From: Octopus sinensis
Taxonomy: Eukaryota
Direction of reading: 5' to 3'
Length of the DNA stretch: 19,581 nt
Assembly (NCBI RefSeq): GCF_006345805.1
Contig: NW_021824201.1
Span: forward strand, 1 to 19,581
Shown here one piece after another: positions 1-9,411 of this stretch. A program made the translations under genes and the position numbers. The notes beneath the pieces are model-generated. The model saw nothing but the letters and a program-made list of their open reading frames with translations, was not told the origin of the DNA and made no database searches. Each line of letters opens with the position of its first letter. The first letter of the stretch is position 1.

Positions 1-4
1 TCAC

Positions 5-18
5 ATAATATATATATA

Positions 19-75
<57 letters not shown>
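5..75. repeat. (TA)n microsatellite
   Basis: Near-perfect TA dinucleotide run. Confidence 0.95.
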
Positions 76-78
<3 letters not shown>

Positions 79-1017
79 AATGTATGTATAAAAGTCAATA
101 TATGGGTACAAGTAATCCGGCGGTACGCATAAATAAATCTTCTGAAGTATCCTTCTCCAAAACATAGAATATATAGTACTATAGAAGAGAAAACGATAAG
201 TAGTGTATATAAAGTTATAAATGACAGAGAAATGTTTTGATGAACAATACGAAAAATCTTAATATCACAACAAATTGTTTCGTAACACAAAAACAAGTAA
301 ATAATGTATACTATCATATTTAGTAATAAATAAATGACTTATATGGTTGCATTAATGTAAACTGCAAAAAATTCGTTCAAAATAACGTAGAATCTCAGCT
401 ACGTCGTTAGGTGAAAGAAAGACTAATATATTTAAAGTACTAAAGAATAATAATTCTACATACATATCTATCTATCTATCAATATATATATATATATGTA
501 AAACTTTATATGATGATGACGAAGAGTAATATGAGAAAACATAGAGTGAGAGCCAACCAATATATATATATATATATAGAAGCCACAGGAAAACTTTCCC
601 AATACCTGACAAGTCTTGTGACTTACTGCCAGTCGCATTACAGATTGCCATAATAAAGAATGAGACGGTTTTACAGATAACTATTTCGCGGTGATGATAT
701 TTAACCTTTTCAACGTACACACCAACACGGGGGCGCACACAAAGTCTGACACACAGTGACACAAACATATTTGAACAGACGCATAAATTGAAAGATATAT
801 AGACCTAAACCGGATTACGCTTTTTCATTATTCATTTATTTAAATTAATATGATTATAAGTAGATATTTGAGCAATTATCACCTGATGGATTTTCTCATT
901 AACAATATTTATTATCAATGTTGTCATTTATCAATTCTTTCACATTTAATAACAAGCGTCTAGTGTCTCATCTGTTCCAACAAAATATTATTTGGAGAGC
1001 CTCCTAAGGAAACAGAA

Positions 1018-1090
1018 ATATATATATATATATATATATATACATACATACATACATATAAATACATATATACATACTTATATATATACT
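1018..1090. repeat. (TA)n/(TACA)n microsatellite, 5' flank of truncated LINE copy
   Basis: TATATA...TACATACATA run directly abutting the LINE fragment. Confidence 0.9.
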
Positions 1091-1452
1091 TGAATAACGA
1101 AGCCACCTTTAGCATAATCTTATGGACCCGGAAAATTTAAAACAGAGGGTTACCTACTTGCAAACAAATGTGGTAACATGTCAACATCGTTGACCGAGGT
1201 TAGGTGGTCTTTTCCGTAGGCTTTTCTTCCCACGGAGAAACCTTATCTGCTTCCTCCTTTACACTTTACACCATGACACTGTGATATATGATCCCTATTG
1301 ATCGTTTTGTTCCCCTTTTTTTCTTCTTTTCCTTTTACGATCCCTTTAATCGAAAACCTTAACCCATACCCATCTTTTTTTTTCTCTCCCCCCAAAAAAA
1401 AGCTCTACTTTGTAATCTGTCCCGTCTGTTGCAGCCCTGTGTGGCTAATAAG

Positions 1453-1455
<3 letters not shown>
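1091..1455 (+). mobile_element. 5'-truncated Tx1-type LINE copy (last ~15 codons of ORF2 plus 3' UTR)
   Basis: Colinear with 12806-13251. TGAATAACGAAGCCACCTTTAGCATAATCTTATGG matches TGAATGACGAAGCCACCTTGAGCATAGTCCTATGA. Both share TTGACCGAGGTTA, GTGGTCTTTTCCG(T/C)AGGCTTTTCTT, AAAGCTCTAC and the terminal CCCTGTGTGGCTAATAA(A)GAAA. Confidence 0.92.
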
Positions 1456-1501
<46 letters not shown>

Positions 1502-1512
1502 TATACATACAT
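1456..1512. repeat. (TA)n microsatellite, 3' flank of truncated LINE copy
   Basis: TA run starts immediately after ...GGCTAATAAGAAA. Confidence 0.95.
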
Positions 1513-2104
1513 ATATTTCGTGCAGAAGCACTGCATCAATTAGAGCGACTGGAAAATTATTTAAACGTTACAATGCTTCACATTAGGTTAAATAACAGTA
1601 TAAACTGATTATTTTTATGCAAGTGGTTTGCAGAAAAACAGCGGAAGCGACTCTCCTGGCGGATCGTTTCGTAATTTGTAAATCACTCCTCAGAGAAGTC
1701 GTAGTCAATCTCTCTGAGGAACTATCGGTAAGATTTCACTTGTGTCTGACGATCTGAAACATGAAACCCTTGAGTAACTGTTCGTGAAGATTTTCAGTTT
1801 TAATAGAATACATTTTCCTCTACCTTTTAGACTCGGGTATTATCTCCTCCACTCTGCTTTGCATTTATGTATTCACATGTGCGTATGTGTATGTGTGTAT
1901 GTGCGTGTGTGCGGAAGAGCGGGCGGGCATGTGCGCATGTACATATGTAGGATAAAACAGGCGTCATTTTTGTGTTTGTCGCATATTACCTTTCGTTAAA
2001 CTGAAATGAGTAAAGAGTGACTGCGCTGAGAAAGGTGAAAGAGAGGGAGAGAGAATATTATAAAGAGACGTAGTATAAACAGATACACTGACAAGTAGGA
2101 AACT

Positions 2105-2109
<5 letters not shown>

Positions 2110-2191
<82 letters not shown>
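2110..2191. repeat. (GA)n followed by (GACA)n compound microsatellite
   Basis: Direct reading. Confidence 0.95.
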
Positions 2192-2194
<3 letters not shown>

Positions 2195-2249
2195 ATAAGG
2201 GACAGAACTTAGCAATCTAACATTTGGTTATTATGCATGATAACAACCG

Positions 2250-2281
2250 CTTCGTATTTATTATCATCATCATCATTATTA

Positions 2282-2336
<55 letters not shown>

Positions 2337-2534
2337 CATTATTTTTATTTATATTATTATCATCATTATTATTATCATTATCATTATTTTATTATTATTG
2401 TTATTTTTATCATTATCATCATCATTATTATTGTTGTTGTTATTATTATTATTATTATTAGTAGTAGTAGTAGTAGTAGTGGTAGTAGTAGCAGCAGCAG
2501 CAGCAGTAGTAATAGTAGTAGTAGTAGTAGTAGT

Positions 2535-2619
<85 letters not shown>

Positions 2620-2720
2620 TAGTAGTAGTAGGTTTTGCTATTCAGGTTGCTATAGGTAATGTTGTTGATCATACTTATGTTCTTGTCAATGTTGCTGTTG
2701 CTGCTTTTTGTTGCTGTTGC
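2250..2720. repeat. Compound trinucleotide microsatellite (ATT/ATC)n-(GTA)n-(GCA)n-(GTA)n-(TTG/CTG)n
   Basis: Direct reading. It explains the poly-I/V/A/T ORFs in the track. Confidence 0.95.
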
Positions 2721-2730
2721 TATTGTGAGA

Positions 2731-3030
2731 GCGGGAAGGCACGTGCTCTTGTGGTTGGGAGAGTTCGGCTCACAATCGTATGGTCGTGCGTTTGATTCCC
2801 ACCGGCGCGTTGTGTCCTTGAGCAAGACACTTTATTTCACATTGCACCAATCCACTCAGCAAAAATGCTGAGTACCTGTATTTCGAGGAGTCAGCGTTGT
2901 CACGCTCTGTGTGACGCTGAATCTCCATGAGAACTACGTTAAGGGTACACGTGTCTGTGGAGTGCTCAGCCACTTGCACGTCAATTTCAAGTGCAGACTG
3001 TTCTGTTAATCAGATCAACTGGAACGCTCG
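2731..3030 (+). mobile_element. tRNA-derived SINE (type A) with CORE/V/Meta-like central block
   Basis: Degenerate A-box region (GGCACGTGCTCTTGTGG) and B-box-like GCGTTTGATTCCC, followed by GTTGTGTCCTTGAGCAAGACACTT. Colinear with the inverted copy at 16521-16836, including a 27-nt exact match (2950-2976 vs 16597-16623). Possible TSD TATTGTGA at 2721-2728 and 3044-3051. Confidence 0.85.
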
Positions 3031-3042
3031 TTGGAGCGCCAG

Positions 3043-3450
3043 TTATTGTGATTGTTGTTGCTGTTACTGTTGCTGTTGCTGCTGAGCGGACGGTCTTCGT
3101 CCCAGAGCTCGCAAGATGGGAGAAGTCCGAAACGTGGTCCTTTGCTATTCATAAGCCCCGCAGAAGAGAAAGCAGGTGAACCCCCGACACCGAGAGCATC
3201 GACGGATGGATGAATGCGCATCCAGGCTCAGCGGTTGCGTAGGAAGTCGGGGACAAGAAACAGGAAGACAGAGTGAGAGAAAGTTGGGGCGAAAGAGTAC
3301 AACAGGAGTCGCCACCACCACCTGCCGGAGCCTCGTGGAGCCTTAGGTGTTTTCGCTCAATAAACACACACAACGTCCGGTCTGGGAATCGAAACCGCGA
3401 TCTTCCGACCGCGAGTCCGCTGCCCTAACCACTGGGCCATTGCGCCTCCA
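3043..3450 (-). mobile_element. tRNA(Arg)-like-headed SINE (type B) with GC-rich body and (AAC/AGC)n tail
   Basis: Minus strand reads GGAGGCGCAATGGCCCAGTGGTTAGGGCAGCGGACTCGCGGTCGGAAGATCGCGGTTTCGATTCCC, with a clear A-box (TGGCCCAGTGG) and B-box (GGTTTCGATTCCC, + coordinates 3384-3396). It continues GTTGTG..TTGAGCGAAAACAC through a unique body and ends in AGCAACAGCAACAGTAACAGCAACAAC. The 3' extent is inferred. Confidence 0.75.
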
Positions 3451-3451
3451 C

Positions 3452-3600
3452 TATTGTTGCTGTTGGTGGTGTTGGTGGTGGTGGTGCTGCTACTGCTGGT
3501 TTTGCTGTTGTTGCGGTTATCAACTCTTAAAACCCATTTGTTATTGTTACTATTTTTAGTAACACTTGTCGCTTTGCAGCTATTTTTGTTGTTTCCGCCC
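3452..3600. repeat. Degenerate (TTG/TGG/CTG)n microsatellite
   Basis: Direct reading. Confidence 0.8.
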
Positions 3601-4034
3601 AGTTCAGCCCTCATCAACCAAATCTAAAATAAATTCCTTTTATCCATGACTGACCGACCAACAAATCTATTTTTTCCGGCTCAATGTATCTGGAACTACA
3701 TCCTCTGAGTGTCTTTACCATTTCCAAGACAGCAGGGTATGAAGTGAGGGAATTTTCATTGCTACTTTTAGCAGGTCTAGCAACCACTTACTATTTGACT
3801 CTCCGTCTCGTTTATAATATTGTTGTGTTTCTCACGTTTGCTTTTTTTATTACCTCTAATTGAGCATTCTTACCATCAAAACCAATCCAGCCGTGACCAT
3901 TAATTCTATTTTTTTTATTTAGAAGAATCACGGTACCACATTATGGACGACAGTACGACAGTCTTTGAGGAAGATTTGACTACTATTACTAGCATGTCGA
4001 GTGACCACATGCCGCTTTGTCTTTGGCTTTCCAC

Positions 4035-4827
4035 CATTGCTGCTGTTGTTATTATTATTGCTGTTTGTTGCTGTTGTTGTTGTTGTTATTGTTCTTGTTT
4101 TGTTTATTCCATGTCGCCTTCGGTCTCAGTTCAAATGCAGCTGGTTGCACAGTATGATTACAGCCAATTTTTTGCACTTGAGATCGGAGGTGTTGGTGGT
4201 GGTGGTGGTGGTAGTGGTGGTGGTAGTGGTTATGGTGGTGGGGGTGGTTGTGGTTGTGGTTGTAGTGGCATTTATGATAACGACGTTGTCGTTGTTGTGG
4301 ACAATGATGGTGATGATGATGGTGATGATGATGATGATGATGATGATGGTGATGGTGATGATGATGATGACGATAATGATGATGAAGATGATGATGATGA
4401 AGAAGGTGGTAATAATGATGGTGGTGATGATGATGATGATGGTGATGGTGATGATGATGATGACCATAATGATGATGATGAAGATGATGATGATGAAGAT
4501 GATGATGATGAAGAAGGTGGTGGTAGTGATGGTGGTGGTGATGATGATGCTTGTTGCTGTTGTTATGGTGTCTGGGGCGATATTTCTGATAATTAAGGTT
4601 GATTAAAGAAAACTGCTACTGTTGCTATTGCTTCTCATGTTGCTGCTGCTGCTGCTACTGCTGCTGCTGCTGCTGCTGCTGATAGTGTCAGTCATTATGG
4701 TCAAGGTGATGGTGGTGATGGTGGTGACGGTAGTGGTGAAGGGAGATTACAATGGCGTCGGTAGCAGTTTTTGTTGCCGTAGTAGAGATGGTGCCGGAGC
4801 TTAAATTACGATTATTGGTACGATGAC

Positions 4828-4890
<63 letters not shown>

Positions 4891-5039
4891 GGTGGTGGTG
4901 GTGGTGGTGGTGGTGGTGGTGGTGGTGATGAAGATGATGATGATGATGAACTTGGTTGAGGTGGTGTTGTTGATGATGATGGTGACATCAACCACGACGA
5001 CGACGACGACGATGATGATGGTGATAATGGTGATGATGC

Positions 5040-5090
<51 letters not shown>

Positions 5091-5335
5091 AATGATGGGA
5101 ATGAAATGATGATGATGATGATGATGGGGATGAAATGATGATGATGATGATGGGGATGAAATGATGATGATGATGATGATGGACGTTGTTGAGGTGGTGT
5201 CGGTGGCGGTGGTGTTGTTGATGAGGATGACGTCAACGACGACGAATATGACGACGAATATGATGATGATGATGCCAACGACGATGAATATGACGACGAC
5301 GACGACGACGATGATGATGATGATGATGATGATGG

Positions 5336-5369
<34 letters not shown>

Positions 5370-5415
5370 AATGATGATGATGATGACGACGCATATTATG
5401 ATGATGATGACGTAG
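4035..5415. repeat. Large compound trinucleotide region (GTT, GGT, GAT, GCT, GAC) with higher-order duplications
   Basis: Direct reading. Source of the poly-D/M/V/G ORFs. Confidence 0.95.
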
Positions 5416-6264
5416 ACGATGGCAATGACATTGTCGTTTACAAAATTGTAAGGCGTCAAAGGCACCCTAGCTTGCTTCTTCCCTGCTCAGATAACATCTC
5501 ACATGACACAATATCACGTGACAACCGGTCATATGATTCCAACTTTGTGTCTACCGTTCTATGCCAGTGTATGATTGTCTCCCTTTACACTGTGTATGCA
5601 TTCGTCCGTACCCGTGCGTACGTGCGCGTTCGTTGTGTGAGTGTGCGTGAATAGTTGTGCACATGCGTATGGCTGAGATATGACTAAATAACATTTAAGG
5701 ACGCTTGGTTCGCAATCTTGGGACAATGGATGCGAGCCCTCAATATGGCACCTGAGGCGTGGAGGTGGGCGGTAGACAGTTACCATAACCTTTTTGGAAT
5801 AAATGCCTTCTGAGTTAGCATCTATCGATGGAAACTTTATCGAAATTTGTCAACCAGATTTCACCTGTGATTCAAAGTTTCGTCCGAGCAACCTGCTGAT
5901 TCTACCTGAGGATTGCATTAAAGGTACACGTACCTGCGAAATATTCGATTACTGCTAAGCCAAATCAATGAGTTCGGTTGATCGAACAACTTAAGCCTTA
6001 TCGTCGAAAACCAATGAGATTTGATCATTTGTACATACATACAAACATACATACATACATGCATTCATGCATTCATACGTCGTGGGTCGTGGGACGGTTG
6101 CCTCCCCTGTTAGCATGTGCATATACATTCTACGCACTTCTTACAGCCTTAAGAGTCTTTTAACTCTTATTCCCAGCAATGTAGGTGCTCCGACATTTGT
6201 AGTCGCACTTAATCGCGTTTGAATTTTTCCGTTATAGTGCCACATTGCCCTTGGCTGTTTATAT

Positions 6265-6269
6265 TAATA

Positions 6270-6312
<43 letters not shown>

Positions 6313-6411
6313 TAGTGTAATAAATAAAAAAATATATGCATACATACAAACATATATGTACGTGCCGATATCTACATGTATATATACATGCATATATAAA
6401 TATATATACGT
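6265..6411. repeat. (TA)n/(TACA)n microsatellite
   Basis: Direct reading. Confidence 0.9.
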
Positions 6412-6832
6412 ACAGGACACCACAAAAAGACGTAAAACTCAACAGAAACGAAAACGGAAAAGCCATTTTGTTACAACAGAAGGACAGAGACGTGGAACAG
6501 GACGAGAACGAAAACGTGAAAAACATTATTTACAACAGAAAAACAAGGTACAGGACATGCTACACAAGGAAAAATCCCCTTCATCAGCTGTCACTAGTAG
6601 ACTTAGCGTGTTTCGAAGGCAAGACAGGACACGACTCGTCAATACTAGGCCTTCCTGCGAGAGAATTAAAATAAAATAACCTCGCAGAGGGGTAAAAACA
6701 AGCACGAAAAAAATGTAACACAAAAAGGGACGATACCACGAAACTTGACTTAGAAAGGATTTAGCTAATCCTATTAGGTGGTGCTATTAAGTCAGATATG
6801 GCCTGGGACAACCTTTTGCCAAAACATATCTA

Positions 6833-6835
<3 letters not shown>
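6412..6835 (-). mobile_element. Possible Penelope-like element pseudo-LTR relic
   Basis: Unique A-rich segment bounded by (TA)n on both sides. It carries a hammerhead-like motif on the minus strand (6594-6648) and is followed by an inverted partial copy of itself (6870-6919). No RT or GIY-YIG coding sequence is seen, so the family assignment is inference. Confidence 0.3.
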
Positions 6836-6874
<39 letters not shown>

Positions 6875-6918
6875 ATTAGCTAAATCCTTTCTAAGTCAAG
6901 TTTCGTGGTATCGTCCCT

Positions 6919-6919
<1 letters not shown>
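6725..6919. repeat. Perfect 50-bp inverted repeat (6725-6774 / 6870-6919), 95-bp spacer
   Basis: AAGGGACGATACCACGAAACTTGACTTAGAAAGGATTTAGCTAATCCTAT is the exact reverse complement of 6870-6919, checked base by base. Confidence 0.97.
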
Positions 6920-6960
<41 letters not shown>

Positions 6961-7393
6961 TTACATACACACATACATACATTCATACTTACATATATAT
7001 ATATATATATATGCATTAATACTTTGTATGTACTACGTCCTCGCGTTGTCGTGTATTTTCTTCGTTTTGGGGGATTGGTTATATATATGTATATATATAT
7101 ATATATATACATGCATATACATACACACACACACACACATGTATATATATATATGTGTGTATGTCTTTTCTATTTTTTTTTTTAGTTTAGAGTACAATTT
7201 CATCGGCCCCTGGCTCGGTGATAAGGTTGCGAAGTAATGTGTACTTGATTTAACTGTTAAACCCTTAAATCTTAAAAAGTTCCTGCATGTCTTTAAAATC
7301 CAAAATATCGCGTAGGTTGTAAATTAAGGATTTCCATTCTCTCCCCATGATTCCAGGTTCAATCATACTTTGCTCCAGACTGGTTGGTATGTA

Positions 7394-7434
<41 letters not shown>

Positions 7435-7691
7435 TGTATCTATGTGTTTGTGTGTGTGCGTGCGTGAGTATGTATGTATACATACATAGTCAGATGCCTC
7501 AATAGAGACACAATCATTCACAATCTCTTTGCACGCAGACATGTAAAATCTATCATACTTTCACAGACAGACAGACAGACAGACACACACACTCACACAC
7601 TCACTCACACACACATACACACATACAAACATACAGACACATACTCACATGTATAAATGTATGCATACACGATTTAAGTGTATGAGTGGGT

Positions 7692-7741
7692 GTATCTAAC
7701 TCTCTATCTATCTCTCTATCTATCTCTCTATCTATCTTTCC

Positions 7742-7797
<56 letters not shown>

Positions 7798-7798
7798 C

Positions 7799-7853
<55 letters not shown>

Positions 7854-7854
7854 C

Positions 7855-7887
<33 letters not shown>

Positions 7888-7906
7888 TTATCTATCTTTC
7901 TATCTA

Positions 7907-7974
<68 letters not shown>

Positions 7975-7993
7975 CCTACCTACCTATCTATAT
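7692..7993. repeat. (TATC)n array with TCTC/TGTC/TACC variants
   Basis: About 300 bp of tetranucleotide repeat directly 5' of the LINE. Confidence 0.97.
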
Positions 7994-9378
7994 CGTGGAA
8001 AACACGCAAAAAAAAAACAATAATTTATAAAGTAATAAACAAAAAAAAAGAAGAACCAGAAAATGCACCGCAGGAAAAAATCGATAAATGCCTTCGTCCT
8101 GTATGGGACTCCAAGGAATATATCAGTTGGGGAAACAAATTTGGTACAGTCCAAGTACGTTTCCTCAACGAAAGTTTAGCAAAACGTTTTTTCACATTGG
8201 AGCTACATTCGGACGACTTGGTAATGATACCAGTCTATTTAAACAAAAGGGTCACGAAAGTCCAAAAAAAACATACCATTTGATGTCGAAACACAATGGG
8301 TGGTCTCTGCCATCTGCTTTGAAATGTCAGAGACAATGTCAGAGACAACATCCTGGAAATCGCGGTTCTAGGAGAGAAGACTATGTGGGCAAATCAATCG
8401 AATTCCTGCTTCATTGGATGAAGCAGCAAGAGAGAAGATACCCACCGCTATAGAACTGCCAGGAGGCTACAAACTCTATATAGTGGTAGAGGGCAGGCGA
8501 CCACGCTGCTATTTGTGTGGAAGCGAAACACACTTGAAAAAGACGTGCCCAACCACTGCACACCAAGAGCAACAACAACAACCACTACCACAACCAAAGC
8601 ACTCCGGAAAAAAAGCTACTCTACTACCCACACCACCATCAACACAGAAGACGACAGAGAAGCACACCAAGCTAATCCGTCATCAACCAAAAACCACTCG
8701 ACACCTGGAAAATACCAACACTACCACCAACAGCAAAACCCAAAGGAACAGAAAACAAAGAAAACACACACAAACTGATCCCCCATCCCTTATAACCGCA
8801 CTCAACACACACAAACACTCAACAACCAACAAACGAAAACAACAACACAACCACTTACACAGACATACATAGAAGCCCACAACATACCCCTACCTCCTTC
8901 TGATTCCTCAGAAATTTCGTCGGAAGACGAAACCAGTGAGGAATGGCAATAGCTACAAAAAGAAGGAAAATAAAGAGCAGAAACACAACCAACCAAATGC
9001 ACACGAACAAAGCAGGGGGAAATACATCTCCCGAAGACATTTCAAAACCCAACGCAAACAACAGCCACACCAACACCACAAAAAACATATACAGCAAACA
9101 TGCTCACAGCCTATACACCCAAAAACACAAATTTGATGGAATACATCCAATCAAAAACAAACATAACAGAAGATGACATAAAAACAAACAACCACCCATA
9201 CACAACACCACCAGACCACATCAAAATAATACACATCTCCAAAAGTCTGCACCACACACTCAAAGGCATTTTCCCCAGTGCGGTTGGTAAATGCCAAAAA
9301 TATCTCACAAAGAAACTGTACTGGGATCTTCTCGAGGACAAACCAACGGAGGAGAAAGCAAAAACTTTCGAGCAGTAA
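7994..9378 (+). pseudogene. LINE ORF1p (RRM-like region plus CCHC zinc knuckle), frameshifted
   Basis: Zinc knuckle GRRPR-CYLCGSETHLKKTC-P (C-x2-C-x4-H-x4-C) at 8507-8548. Upstream VTKV..NIPF-like motif across a frameshift near 8270. Low-complexity Q/T/K/P linker. The last segment ends ...KAKTFEQ-TAA at 9376-9378. There is a 12-bp tandem duplication AATGTCAGAGAC at 8323-8346. Confidence 0.8.
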
Positions 9379-9411
9379 GTAACCCTCTGTATTCTAATTC
9401 ATTATAGAACT

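Noticed and set aside
1746-1760. Hammerhead core CTGACGA-TCT-GAAAC
   Set aside because: Only 3 nt for stem II, and no matching stem I or III.
3380-3450. Functional tRNA genes (also 15400-15490 and 16770-16836)
   Set aside because: A/B boxes are present, but no complete cloverleaf or acceptor stem is evident, and each continues into a SINE body.
3943-4596. 217-aa Cys/Gly/Asp-rich ORF as a real acidic protein
   Set aside because: Built almost entirely from stop-free trinucleotide microsatellites that are open in several frames. No domain or splice evidence.
5690-6000. Unique moderately GC-rich segment as a coding exon (likewise 7265-7385 on the minus strand)
   Set aside because: Short frames, no recognisable motif, and no convincing splice-site pair.
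7678-7993. N-terminal YLSI repeat as part of LINE ORF1
   Set aside because: It is the flanking (TATC)n array read through into ORF1 by chance of frame.
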